In this document: piece by piece, positions 52,396 to 62,405 of the stretch
How positions within the stretch are numbered: position 1 is the first letter of the stretch
How the letters are laid out: every line of letters begins with the position of its first letter
Assembly (NCBI GenBank): GCA_963747225.1
Contig: CAVVES010000018.1
Span: 257,346 to 321,345, forward strand
DNA: 64,000 nucleotides
Reading direction: 5' to 3'
Origin: an uncultured beta proteobacterium
GTDB taxonomy: Bacteria; Pseudomonadota; Gammaproteobacteria; Burkholderiales; JAEUMW01
Notes under the pieces: model-generated
The model's database searches: none
Told to the model about the DNA's origin: nothing
The model's input: the letters and a program-made list of their open reading frames with translations, nothing else
Made by a program: the position numbers and the translations under genes

Positions 52396-53753
52396 ATGGG
52401 GAAACTTACTGATACGCGGATCAGGACAGCAAAGGCCGCGGGCAATGATCTCTGGTTGACCGATGACATGCATGTGCGTGGGGCCGGGCGGCTGGTTCTC
52501 CGGGTCAAGCTGGGTGGTAGCAAGCTGTTCTATTACCGCTACACCGGAACCGACGGCAAGCGGGTGCATTATGCGATCGGGCCGTACAAGTCGGATGGCG
52601 ACGGACTGGCCAGCTTTACGCTCGATCAAGCGCGCACCCGGTGCGCCGAGCTGGTAAAGATTCGCTCCGACCATGGCGATGTGCACGGGTATCTCGAAGC
52701 CGAGAAGCGTGAGCGCTCGCGACAGCGCCGGGAACAGGTCGAAGCCGAAGCGCGGGCGGCCTTGCGGGCGCAGTCCCAATCCTTCGGCCGACTGCTGGAG
52801 TTCTACATCGAGCACCTGAAGCGCGAGGGCAAGTATTCCGCCGACGAAGTGCGCCGTGCGCTGCGTCTGCATGTCTTCGACGTGCCCGAGTGGCAGGAGC
52901 TGAGGGAGAAAAGGGCAGCGGACATTCGGCCGCAGGACATTCGCGCCATCGTGCGGCGCATGACCGACGCCGGTATCCGGCGGCAGGCGGACAAGGTTCG
53001 ATCTTTCCTGCGCGCCGCATTCTCTCTGGGGGCCGAGCACGCCGAGACCTTTTGCATCGAGCAAAACCCGGTCGCGGCCATCAAGCGCGTTCGGGGTGCA
53101 AACCAGAAGGGAGATCGCGTGCTGTCCGCGGACGAGCTGCGGGCCTTTTGGCAGGAACTCGAAGGCGCCTCGCCCATGTTGCGGGATTCGCTACGCCTCG
53201 CGATCGTTCTTGGCGGCCAACGCTTCGCCCAGCTTCTCCGCATCCGGCCCAGGATGTGGACCTCGATGCGCGGACCGTGTTGCTGTTCGATCCGAAGGGT
53301 ATGCGCGAACGTCCACGAGAACATCTGTTGCCGATTACCGAAACGGCAGCCGACCTATTGGCGCGTGCCTTGGCGATCAACGGAAGTGCGCCAAATGTGC
53401 TCTCGACCGACGGCCGCGCACCGATCCACCCGAGCACGCTATCCGATCTGGTGCACACGGTGGCCCTGCGCATGGTGGAGAAGGGCAGTGCACGGGCGAT
53501 GTTCCGTGGCGGCGACTTGCGCCGCACTTGCGAGACGATGCACGCCGCGCTTGCCATTTCCAGGGACGTGCGCGCCCAGTTGCAATCCCACGGGTTGGGC
53601 GGCGTGCAGGCCGCGCATTACGATCGGCACAACTACATGGTTGAGAAACGTGCGGCGCTAGAGGCTTGGGAGCGCCGGCTTCTGGATATAGTCGAGGGAC
53701 TCTACGACGCACCTGGTGGCCGCGTGGTTCCGTTGCGTAAAGGCGCTGCCTAA
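52396..53753 (+). pseudogene. P4-like tyrosine integrase with a -1 frame change near 53235
   Basis: N-terminal arm-binding type domain MGKLTDTRIRTAKAAG...GSKLFYYRY in ORF 52363. The catalytic half (DVDLDARTVLLFDPKG..., GGDLRRTCETM, AAHYDRH) is in the frame of ORF 52890..53753. Confidence 0.8.
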
Positions 53754-54049
53754 ACTAGGCGGTGCACAGCCCGACGGACCGAACACGGGGACCCCTGCCC
53801 GACCGACGGGACTTCTCACACACGGTCTGAGTCGCTCGGCAAACGGGGCGCGTGTGGGTGACTGACATAGAACGGCCCAACAGCAGCCCGCCAAGCGTTT
53901 CATACAAAGCGGTCACTCGTGCACATTGCACCGACCGTCATTTGCTTCCAAATACCGACCGTTGACGGGCACGACCAACCCCCGGATACTCAAGTTGGCG
54001 TGATTGAAATATCCTTCCGTCGCGACCTGCAGCGAGAAAAGGAAACACC

Positions 54050-54340
54050 ATGCCGAAGGCTTATTGGGTCAGCGCGTATCGCGCCGTGAAGGACCCTGAC
54101 AAACTTGCCGCATACGCGAAGCTCGCCGGTCCTGCCCTCACTGCCGGAGGAGGCCGCTTTCTGGCGCGCGGCGAGCCGGCGAAGGTTTACGAACGCGGCC
54201 TGAAGCAGCGCATCGTGCTGATCGAGTTCGACAGTGTCGAGCAGGCTGTTGCCGCTCATGACAGCCCCGCCTACCAGGCCGCGCTGGCCGCTCTGGGAGA
54301 CGGTGCCGAACGGGAAATCCGCATCGTCGAAGGCGTCTGA
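54050..54340 (+). CDS. DUF1330-family protein
   Basis: 96 aa, MPKAYWVSAYRAVKDPDKLAAYAKLAGPAL...IVLIEFDSVEQAVAAHDSPAYQAA. Confidence 0.8.
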   Translation: MPKAYWVSAYRAVKDPDKLAAYAKLAGPALTAGGGRFLARGEPAKVYERGLKQRIVLIEFDSVEQAVAAHDSPAYQAALAALGDGAEREIRIVEGV

Positions 54341-54559
54341 GTTGTTCGCCGGAATCGGCGCCGGTCGCGGTATCCGTCAACTTGATCTGCTGACCGTCTG
54401 CTCCTGTACTTCCCCGATTCCGCAGGTATCCTCTACAAGGTGTATGTGCGCTCGGCCGGTCGCACTTCATGACCGCATTCCGCGACAGGACGCGCTCTGG
54501 GATCGGACGATCGATGCAGATCTGCCCATCTGACGCCGCCTGTTGACTAGAAGACGCTC

Positions 54560-55951
54560 GTGCGTACCTTGTTGAGAGACCGGTTCCGCACGCTTGGACT
54601 GGCGCAAGCGCCTTCGAGCACGCTTAAGACCGTGTTGCTGTTCGCGGCGTTGGGCGTGTTCGCTCTGCTCGCCGCAGTCTACGGCCGCAACCCCGACCTG
54701 TCTTACGTCAAGGTCGCCTTTCTCTCGGGCAGCGAGCAGCGCAACTATTACGCCATCGTTGCGAGACTGGCCGCCGAAGCGAAGCGCCAGCGCGGGCGCA
54801 TCGATAATTTGGCCACTGCCGGATCGGTCGAGAACATCGCGAAGCTGGCCGCCGGCAAGGCCTCGTGCAGCGTCCATTTCGCCCTCGTCCAAGAAGGGCT
54901 GGCGTGGCCCGACGCACATCCGTTCGAGCTGATCGGACGCCTCGGCACGCCCGAGTCGCTCGTGGTGCTCGGACGCGATGCGGACCGGATTCAATCGGTG
55001 GCAGATCTGCGCGGAAAGCGGATCGGAATCGGTCCCGTTGGGAGCGGCACCGAGCAGGTAGCGCGGCAGGTGCTGGCTCCGCTCGCCGAGCTGGATCTCA
55101 GGGTGACGATGCACCCCTGGGACGAACAGCTCGCAATGCTCAAAAGTGGTGAGCTGGATCTTGGCGCAATGGTCATCGACGCGGACGCGCAGCTCGTGGT
55201 CGAAGCCGTGCGCGAGCATAAACTCCAGATTGTCGACATCACCGACGCAGACGCGCTTGCGCACCGGCTCCCCTTCGCGCGCGCAGGCCTAATCGGAGCG
55301 GGACACTACGATCCCATCCGCCGGTTGCCACCGACGGACAAGCGAGTCATTCAGATCGACACGCTCGTGATCGGTAACGGCTGCGCGCGCGAGTCGGCCA
55401 CCCAAGGTGTCATCACGGCTCTTGTTCGCGTCTTCCCTGACTTCGTGCGCGTGAACCGCGAGCGGGCAAACCTGACGGGATTGGATCTGGCCTCAGCCGC
55501 GCGCAGCTACTACGACAACGACGGTCCGGATCCGGTGGGTGCCCATGTGCCGTGGGTCATTGACATCATGCCGACGGCCCGCTGGCTTCAGCTCATCTTC
55601 GCCTTTTCGCTTCTGTTCGGTGCCCTGGCAGTGTGGCACCGCTTCCGCCTGTGGCGCATCGACGCGCGGCGCGTGCGCATCGAGAGCGAGGTGTCACGCC
55701 TTTTTGCGCCTGAGATCACCGTGGGTGAGATTGCGGCGATGACGCCAGAGGACCGACACCGCGACCCGGAGGCGCGCGCGCGGCTGGATGCAATCATGGG
55801 CGACCTTGGACGGCTTCGGGAGCGCTGCCGCCGACAATCGTTGTCAATACTGGTACCAATGGGCCAGGAGATGAGCTACCGCTTTCAGGAAGGGCTTATT
55901 GCGGACCTATTGCACGCGCTCAAGATCTTCCGCGGCCGGCTCGATCGCTGA
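54560..55951 (+). CDS. membrane-anchored TAXI/NMT1-like solute-binding-domain protein
   Basis: 463 aa. N-terminal TM, periplasmic-binding-like core (ATAGSVENIAKLAAGK, GKRIGIGPVGSGTEQ), second TM near the C-terminus. Non-ATG start. Confidence 0.5.
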   Translation: MRTLLRDRFRTLGLAQAPSSTLKTVLLFAALGVFALLAAVYGRNPDLSYVKVAFLSGSEQRNYYAIVARLAAEAKRQRGRIDNLATAGSVENIAKLAAGKASCSVHFALVQEGLAWPDAHPFELIGRLGTPESLVVLGRDADRIQSVADLRGKRIGIGPVGSGTEQVARQVLAPLAELDLRVTMHPWDEQLAMLKSGELDLGAMVIDADAQLVVEAVREHKLQIVDITDADALAHRLPFARAGLIGAGHYDPIRRLPPTDKRVIQIDTLVIGNGCARESATQGVITALVRVFPDFVRVNRERANLTGLDLASAARSYYDNDGPDPVGAHVPWVIDIMPTARWLQLIFAFSLLFGALAVWHRFRLWRIDARRVRIESEVSRLFAPEITVGEIAAMTPEDRHRDPEARARLDAIMGDLGRLRERCRRQSLSILVPMGQEMSYRFQEGLIADLLHALKIFRGRLDR

Positions 55952-56059
55952 GGCGGACCCAGACGTTGAACGAAAGGTTGGCCGTCACAATTGAGTTCAG
56001 CTTTTTCCTGAGGTTCATACTCAGTTTTAAATTTGCAAGGCACAATACCTTGCCAGTTT

Positions 56060-56330
56060 TGTACTCTTTAGTGTCCGACAAGCTCACCGCGACCGCGGTG
56101 GGAGGGATGATGGGTGATGCAAGGATGTGCAAGTCGGGACGGGAATTCGCGTCGTTTCTGGGTTTGGTGCCACGCAAAGTGGCACCGGCGCGGGATCCTA
56201 TTGGGACCGATCTCCAAGCGAGGCGACCCATACTTCCGCGCGTTTGATCCACGGTGCGCGATCGGTGATGTACCACGCCACCTGGAGGGACAGCCGGTTG
56301 CAGCGCACGGTCTGCATACGTTGCGAAGGC
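56060..56330 (+). mobile_element. IS110-family transposase C-terminal remnant (truncated, about 2 frame changes)
   Basis: LTATAVGGMMGDARMCKSGREFASFLGLVPRK / ISKRGDPYFRA / LIHGARSVMYH lie in three different + frames. No N-terminal DEDD domain upstream. Confidence 0.6.
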
Positions 56331-56429
56331 ACATACAGCAGCGATGTCTCTACACGAACCCTTTGTCACCCACCTGTGCTGGTTGAAAGGGTCTTCATCC
56401 TCGCACAAGACGGCGCTTTCGGCGTACCC

Positions 56430-56615
56430 CTAGCAGACGGGCGCAGGGTCGGGCGCAGCTTGGTTGCCGCTCGCGGTGTGACAGGTGTCGTGGAAGAACA
56501 CGTTGCCTGTAAGCATGTCCTCATTTTGGCTCAGCTTAATTCCTACCACCAATTCTCCGGTGATTGGTTCCCCGCAATGTGCGCAGGTAAACGTATTCGC
56601 AACGAGCTTCTGCAT
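56430..56615 (-). CDS. small Cys/His-rich hypothetical protein
   Basis: 61 aa with CAHC and HDTCH. Coding status unproven. Confidence 0.25.
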   Translation of the reverse strand: MQKLVANTFTCAHCGEPITGELVVGIKLSQNEDMLTGNVFFHDTCHTASGNQAAPDPAPVC

Positions 56616-56715
56616 GGCTGATCTCCAAGGTTAGTGATTACTTGCACACCATAAAGACTCGTCGGAACTATGTCAAGGTACCGGTGGGGTCACCCACGCA
56701 TTGCAGCATCAGCTC

Positions 56716-56757
56716 GATCGAGCCCCAAGAACCGAGCCTCCCGCGTGTATTCTGGCG
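56716..56757 (+). repeat. left copy of an imperfect approx 45-bp direct repeat
   Basis: GATCGAGCCCCAAG (14/14 identical to 57708-57721), then TCCCGCGTGTATTCTGGCGCC versus TTCCCGTGTAGTCTGGAACCGCC in the right copy. Confidence 0.5.
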
Positions 56758-56942
56758 CCCTTGTGCAATCGCGTAAGCAGGCGCGACGAGTGATCCCGCA
56801 GCTTCGGCGTGCGGTAAACCGACACAGCGGGCACGCGAGAGACAGTGTGGCTCGCTTGCAACAGGCCACCGGTTAGGTTCTTGACCGTCGGCGAGCAGCA
56901 GCGCTAGCATGTTAGTAGACGCTAACCTTAGTGGGTTGCCCC

Positions 56943-57212
56943 ATGAAGCTGTCTTCCGAAACGATAAAAGGGACGCTTGAAAGCGCATTTTTGCCATTGC
57001 GGTGCCGTGTCCGTGTGGAGAGATACCAGAACACGCTTCGATTTAAGGTCTTAGATCAAAACGACAAACCAATAGTTGAAATGGGTCCGTTGCGGGTCCG
57101 CGACCTTTGTGACCAAAGCAAGCTGGAATACCACATTTTCTCGGCGAGAAGCTACGTTGAAGGAAGGGGGTTCCCACTTGAGCCGTGGACACGAGGCGCC
57201 CATGAGCACTGA
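56943..57212 (+). CDS. DUF1652-like small protein
   Basis: MKLSSETIKGTLESAFLPLRCRVRVE... The (E)xAFLPLxC pattern and approx 90 aa size match my recollection of DUF1652. Confidence 0.45.
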   Translation: MKLSSETIKGTLESAFLPLRCRVRVERYQNTLRFKVLDQNDKPIVEMGPLRVRDLCDQSKLEYHIFSARSYVEGRGFPLEPWTRGAHEH

Positions 57213-57666
57213 AGGCGAGTTTTACCTCCCCGACGACGCCGTTCTGCGCGAGCTTGGCCGAGTGGCACTCCTGCACAGCCACCTGGATCACACGCTCCGG
57301 CTAACGATTAAACGGGCGCTTGGCATCTCCATCGACGATCCGGGCTACTGGAAGCAGACGCACTTCATGACCAAGGACCTACGCGACCGGACGCGCGATC
57401 TGATCAACGAGAGGTACGACGCTGATCCCGACCGAGCCGACGTGCTCAATAAGCTGCTCGACGATGCCGAGGAGTTGACCAAGCATCGGAATCGCGTGCT
57501 GCATAGTGTGTGGGTGCGGATACCCGGCCAGGAGCCGGTGCTGCACGACCGCGACATCCAGACAAAGCAGCACAACAATTACATTCCGCCGACCGTCGAG
57601 GAGCTAGTCCAGCTCGGGCGGCGGATACGGGACGCTCAGCAAATCCTCAACGTGCTAACACGGTAG
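57202..57666 (+). CDS. hypothetical all-alpha protein with HEPN-like RNxxxH motif
   Basis: 154 aa from ATG 57202, overlapping the upstream gene by 11 nt. ...AEELTKHRNRVLHSVW contains R-N-x3-H. Family inferred from the motif only. Confidence 0.35.
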   Translation: MSTEGEFYLPDDAVLRELGRVALLHSHLDHTLRLTIKRALGISIDDPGYWKQTHFMTKDLRDRTRDLINERYDADPDRADVLNKLLDDAEELTKHRNRVLHSVWVRIPGQEPVLHDRDIQTKQHNNYIPPTVEELVQLGRRIRDAQQILNVLTR

Positions 57667-57674
57667 GATCGAGA

Positions 57675-57694
57675 AATGCCCGCAAACGGGCATT
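57675..57694 (+). terminator. hairpin just after the 154-aa ORF
   Basis: AATGCCCG-CAAA-CGGGCATT, 8-bp perfect stem, no U-tract. Confidence 0.35.
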
Positions 57695-57707
57695 GCGGGG
57701 CCAAGGC

Positions 57708-57763
57708 GATCGAGCCCCAAGCCCTTCTTCCCGTGTAGTCTGGAACCGCCAGGTGTAGTCTGG
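57708..57763 (+). repeat. right copy of the direct repeat, plus tandem GTGTAGTCTGG motifs 20 bp apart
   Basis: GATCGAGCCCCAAG..., GTGTAGTCTGG at 57733-57743 and 57753-57763. The related GTGTATTCTGG sits at 56745-56755. Confidence 0.5.
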
Positions 57764-57780
57764 TGCGGTCGACGAGTCCG

Positions 57781-57993
57781 CTAATTAAGTTCGAGCAAAA
57801 ACACGGCCTCACACTCAGCGCATTCCCGTGCGCCCGCGCCGTGCGACGCCTCAACCCAGAGCAGCATGCCGCCGCAGTCAGGGCATCGGGGCAACCACAT
57901 TTCCGCGATGTGCCCGCACGAGACGGGGCCGAGATCGATCGCTGGCTCTGCGGGAGCGTCTGGGTAGGTTCTTTTAAGGGAGGCGCGCGGCAT
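57781..57993 (-). CDS. small zinc-ribbon-like hypothetical protein
   Basis: 70 aa with CGH...CPDC...CAEC. Coding status unproven. Confidence 0.25.
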   Translation of the reverse strand: MPRASLKRTYPDAPAEPAIDLGPVSCGHIAEMWLPRCPDCGGMLLWVEASHGAGARECAECEAVFLLELN

Positions 57994-58025
57994 AGTGATC
58001 CCCTCCTTTTTTGGCGCCGAAAGTT

Positions 58026-58560
58026 TTATGGCGACTCGCGCTGAAATTCAACTCCTACCGAGCGTGTGTAGTATGGCCCGGTCGCGATCTCGTCTCCGTG
58101 CTCATACACCGTTTGCCGGCGGGTGGAGGTGCAAACTCTACGAACGCGCTGGGCTTGTTGCGCCAGCCGGCGCGCAGGCGGGACGAACTCCCGCAGTTCG
58201 TCTTCCCGGTACTCGTGCAGCCGGAAGACCGCGAGGCCAGGACAGGTAACTTCCCAGGCTGCCGGAATACTGCTGAAGGAAGCCCTGCAGCTCATCCACG
58301 ACCACGTGAGCCAGGTGCTGCTCCCGCTCGAAGGCGAGCACGTCGCTTCGGTGCTTGTCTTCAAACCAGGTTCGGTTGCGGAACGCCATCGCAACCTGAT
58401 ATTCGTCCAGCACCTGCGCACAGTGCGCGATGTGCGCGAGATTCGAGCGCCAATAGTAGAACCACGGGCGGGAACTGGAACAGCACTGCGCCGAGCTTGC
58501 CGGCCTGGTCCCGAGTTCCGGCACTCGATTGCCGAGTTAGTGTGCACTGCATAAACTGCG
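58026..58560 (-). pseudogene. DUF72-family remnant (N-terminally truncated, about 2 frame changes)
   Basis: KLGAVLFQFPP / WFYYWRSNLAHIAHCAQVLDEYQVAMAFRNRTWFEDKHRSDVLAFEREQHLAHVVVD / AVFRLHEYREDELREF lie in three minus frames. Confidence 0.5.
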
Positions 58561-58598
58561 TTGACTCTCCCAGAGAGCATCTTGTGCCGAGAGCGCCC

Positions 58599-59765
58599 AT
58601 GGAACTCGGCGAACACGTCCCGATGGCATTCAGAATCACTCTCGCTTTGCGTGCAGCCAAGGCCGTACTGGCGCAAAGGCTGAAGACGCCCTCTGGAGTA
58701 CTGTTCCTGGTCATGGCTACGCTGCTCGGTGCCGGCGTGGCGCGCGTATATGCTGAGCACCCAGCACCCGGTAAGGCACTCCGCGTGGCGGTCAAACCGA
58801 TCGCGCCCTTTGTGCTCAAGCAGGGCACGGAGCTGACCGGCTTCAGCATTGATCTGTGGAGAGCGCTTGCGCAGAGGCTGGAGGTCGATACTGAATGGGT
58901 TGAAGTCAAGACGGTCGGTGAACAGCTCCAGGCGGTGAAAAGCGGCGAAGCAGACGCGGCGATCGCTGCGATCACGATCACCAAGGAGCGCGAAAAGTTA
59001 GTGGATTTCACTCAGCCCTATTTCGACTCGGGCTTGCGGATCATGGTACGCACTGAAGGCAGCAATCGCGTGCTGGATGTGCTCGGCTCGATCCCGTGGC
59101 TGACAATGGGGACGCTTTTCGGTGTGGCCATTGCGATCATGTTCGTCATGGCAAACGTTCTATGGATGGTCGAGCGCCGCACAACCAAGACTTTCCAGAA
59201 GGGGTATCTGAAAGGCATAGGAGAAGGGTTGTGGGCTGTCGCGCTGATCATCGCGACTGGCGAGCATGGCGATCGAGACGCCCCTAGGGTGGTCAAACGG
59301 CTTGCTGTAGTCTTCATGTGGCTGCTCGGCGTGGTGCTCGTTGCACAACTGACGGCCACGGTGACCTCCTCGCAGATCGTCGAGCGCCTGAATTCAAACA
59401 TCCACGGACCGGCAGACCTCGGAGGAAAGAAGATCGTAACCGTGCGCGGCACCGTCGCCGCCGACTACCTGGCTGTGCAGGGCTTGCCGTATGCGGATGT
59501 CTCCTCTGCAGAGGAGGGGTACGACCTCGTCGTGCGAGGTCGGGTTCAGGCGATGGTCTTCGACGCACCGACGCTTCAGTACCTGGCCACAAGGCGAGGC
59601 AAAGGAACTGTGCGAGTCGTAGGTCCCGTGTTCGCACCGGAAAAATACGGAATTGCCATCGCGGATGGCAGCCCCCTACGCAAACGGATCAACGGTGCGT
59701 TGCTCGCAATGTATGAGGACGGGCGGTACTGGGAACTCTATGACAAGTGGTTCTCACAGAGATAG
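58599..59765 (+). CDS. GluR0-like ligand-gated ion channel (periplasmic binding domain split by a two-TM pore module)
   Basis: S1 (LRVAVKPIAPFVLK...DFTQPYFDSGLRIMV), M1 (WLTMGTLFGVAIAIMFVMANVLWMV), pore loop (GLWAVALIIATGEHGD), M2 (LAVVFMWLLGVVLVAQLTATV), S2 (GKKIVTVRGT...APEKYGIAIADGSPLRKRIN). Start is ATG 58599 or 58623. Confidence 0.75.
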   Translation: MELGEHVPMAFRITLALRAAKAVLAQRLKTPSGVLFLVMATLLGAGVARVYAEHPAPGKALRVAVKPIAPFVLKQGTELTGFSIDLWRALAQRLEVDTEWVEVKTVGEQLQAVKSGEADAAIAAITITKEREKLVDFTQPYFDSGLRIMVRTEGSNRVLDVLGSIPWLTMGTLFGVAIAIMFVMANVLWMVERRTTKTFQKGYLKGIGEGLWAVALIIATGEHGDRDAPRVVKRLAVVFMWLLGVVLVAQLTATVTSSQIVERLNSNIHGPADLGGKKIVTVRGTVAADYLAVQGLPYADVSSAEEGYDLVVRGRVQAMVFDAPTLQYLATRRGKGTVRVVGPVFAPEKYGIAIADGSPLRKRINGALLAMYEDGRYWELYDKWFSQR

Positions 59766-60394
59766 ACGCGTGCAAACGCGCTACAACGGCTTGCTGCCAG
59801 TTGGATGGTGCACCGTTCGCTCGGATGTGTTCCAAGTTGACTCACTGAAGGGGGCGCCGCAAGTGGCTGGTTAGGTCGAACTGGTGCCATCGACGATGAG
59901 ACCGATTTCGGCCAAAACCGGTCGGTCGGTGGCGCCCCCAGAATCGCCTGGAAGCGGACCTTGAATGGAATGTGACCCAATTTGCTTGGACGTTGTTTGT
60001 TCGTCCACATCCAGGCGAGAAAATTTGAAGGAAGTCAGAGAGCCGGACCGCTTGGTGTCCGTTTGCGTAGGGAACTCAGTTCACGGTGCTAACCCACCCG
60101 AGGGCGAAAAATAAACCTCACTGCACGTACCCTGTGCCCTGTGCTTAGGTCTATAGTGAAAGTGTTATTGAAAGGGCAATCCCAGCCCTTCTGCCTACGC
60201 CAACCTGGGTTTGCGGCTCTTGGCGTCTCCCCAGGCATCACCAGCTTGCGTGATGCCCATTCTCAGTGGGTCGAGTACCTGCGGTAGTTCTCTTTTGACT
60301 CGTGCGCGACCCCGCGCATTTGCCGAAATCCAAGCGAAGTCCTATAGCGGCGCTGCCCCTGTAGGTCCAATACTTTTTCCGAAGAGGTCGCACC

Positions 60395-60874
60395 ATGTTT
60401 CGTCACACTTCAGTGAGTCCCAAGCAAGCAACGGTCGATGGTCGGCAACGGATTATGCACACGGCAATGCGTATTGCCGCGCTCATGACCGATGCCAACA
60501 AGCGTCTCTTCAAGCTGCAAACTGAAGCCGCCTATGCAGCGTTTGCAGACAATTTAAAGGACATCAATGCCCTGCTGAACGCGGCAAAGTCACCGGCAGT
60601 GCTCACGGAATGGCCAAGATTCTTTCAAGAGAGCGCGCAAAAGATGGTGGACGTAACGCGCAGTTGGTTCGAGATTTTGTCGCAAACCCAGGCCGAGCTG
60701 TCCAAATTGCTGGGCAAACCATTCGCTTCCCACAACGTGGAGGCGCAGAACATTCGCGACCAGTTTGCGAAGGCCGTTACCGACGCGCGTAACATCGCCG
60801 AAGCTCAGGTGAAGCATTTCCTCGCCAAGACCCTAGTGAGCGCCAGTGAAGCCCAAATGAACCCGCGCTGGTAG
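60395..60874 (+). CDS. phasin-family (PHA-granule-associated) protein, tentative
   Basis: 159 aa, helical, LFKLQTEAAYAAFADNLKD...SWFEILSQTQAEL resembles the phasin_2 pattern. Confidence 0.45.
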   Translation: MFRHTSVSPKQATVDGRQRIMHTAMRIAALMTDANKRLFKLQTEAAYAAFADNLKDINALLNAAKSPAVLTEWPRFFQESAQKMVDVTRSWFEILSQTQAELSKLLGKPFASHNVEAQNIRDQFAKAVTDARNIAEAQVKHFLAKTLVSASEAQMNPRW

Positions 60875-60885
60875 GCAAAGCGGGG

Positions 60886-61132
60886 ATGTGTCCATGGGCG
60901 GCGGAATACTTCAAGGCGTTCAAGATTCACTGGGACATCGTTCGAGTTTGTCGTCGCCGGTGACGGGGCGTTTGAGCGGCATTCTTACAAGTCAACCGAT
61001 ACTTCACAGGGGGCGGTACGGCCTGTCGAGGACACCGGCAAGGGCGTCAACTTTTACCACCACGACGCGGATGGTAAATGGCGCGTGGCACGCGACGCTT
61101 GGAGCAGTGATCTACCGCTGCCGACCAAGTAA
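60886..61132 (+). pseudogene. SnoaL/DUF4440-like C-terminal remnant with one frame change near 60940
   Basis: AEYFKAFKIHWDI in one frame, then FEFVVAGDGAFERHSY...HHDADGKWRVARDAWSSDLP in the next. The listed ORF 60888..61178 is the wrong frame. Confidence 0.4.
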
Positions 61133-61650
61133 CTCCACAGTGACTTCGCTCAGCGGCTCGCCTAGGCGTTACCGCTGAACTCAGACGCCGTTGAATGTCC
61201 GCTCCTTGAAAGGCTCACCGTCTGGATCGGGTCGATAGCGCCCCCATCCGGAGAGCAGGCGCAATAATTTCCCACTCAACGAGACGTGGCGCGGTCGCGC
61301 ACGCCGGAGTAATTTTCCAGCTGAAACGCTCCGGGAGTGGAAACCTAAGAGTGAAAATTAACTCCCCACCCGCGCTTTTGCCCTAAAAAGCTCCCACCCT
61401 TTGCAGGCGCTAGCCCCCGCCGTTCGGGCTGTACAGGGTGATGCGGCCCAGCTCGCACTCGTTTGCCCCGGGCATCTCAGCGTTGCGCAATTTGCCAGGC
61501 TCGTGGAAATTCCGGGCCAGTGTCATACCTTGGTGTGATACTGCAAACCGACGTACCCAGTAGAGGATTGAATGGTCTTCTGCCCCTCGTGCTCGCTATC
61601 AGGTGGTCACTGTTCAACCGTGCGTCCGTTAGGCGACAGGCACGCTGGGA

Positions 61651-62405
61651 CTAGATGCCTCCACCGGTCACCGCGATCACCTGGCCCGTAATCCCAGCGG
61701 CGGCGTCCGAGGCCAGGAAGATCACCGCCTGCGCGATGTCCTCGCGCTTGGCCCGCTTCATCAGGTCCTTGGGTTTCATGGCCTCCACATTCGAGGCGGT
61801 GTCCACCAGCCCAAGGGCCACGGCATTGACGCGAATGCCCGCATCCCTTCCCTCCAGGGCGAAGGTGCGCGTGAGCGCTTCGACACCCGCCTTGGGCGCA
61901 GTTGTAAGCCACCATATTGGCTTGAGCAAGTCCCGCTCGGGCGAAGTTGACGATCACCCCGCCTCCACCGTCCCGCATTTTCGGGAACACCGCCCGAGAG
62001 GTCAGGAAAGCGGACAGCAGGTTGTTTCCCACCTCGTGCTGCCAATCCTCCAAACTGTGCTCAAGAGCCGACTTGTAGCGTGTGAGGCCGCCGGCCAGGT
62101 TAACGAGAATATCGATCTTGCCGTCAGTCGGCCATCATGTTCTCGACCAGCCGGCGGACCCCCGCCTCATCGGTAAGATCCGCAACCAGCGGGAGTACCC
62201 GGGCCCCGGCCGCTTTCAGTTCCTCGGCGCGGGCCGTCACTTCGTCCCGACTGCGCGCCACGATCCCGAGCAACGCACCGTGTTCCGCCATGGCCTTCGC
62301 CACCGCCTGTCCGACCTGACCGTCTGCGCTCACTCCGGTCACGAGCGCAACCTTCCCTTCCAGTATGCCTGCCATCTCAATGCCCTCCTTCCATCCTCTC
62401 ACCAA
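61651..62405 (-). pseudogene. SDR-family oxidoreductase (FabG-like) with two frame changes
   Basis: GKVALVTGVSADGQVG (ORF 62124..62405), GKIDILVNLAGG...EDWQHEV (frame of ORF 61607..62053), KAGVEALTRTFALEGRDAGIRVNAVALG...ITGQVIAVTGGG (ORF 61651..61929). Confidence 0.75.

Noticed and set aside
59766-60394. 630-nt gene-free stretch upstream of the phasin gene, as a possible ncRNA or retron-like element
   Set aside because: I found no convincing stable stem-loops, repeats or conserved RNA motifs by eye. It more likely holds degraded coding remnants and a promoter region inside the island.
60888-61178. 96-aa ORF from the track
   Set aside because: The translation is featureless. A different frame gives a SnoaL/DUF4440-like C-terminus (…DGKWRVARDAWSSD), so the listed ORF is the wrong frame over a gene remnant.
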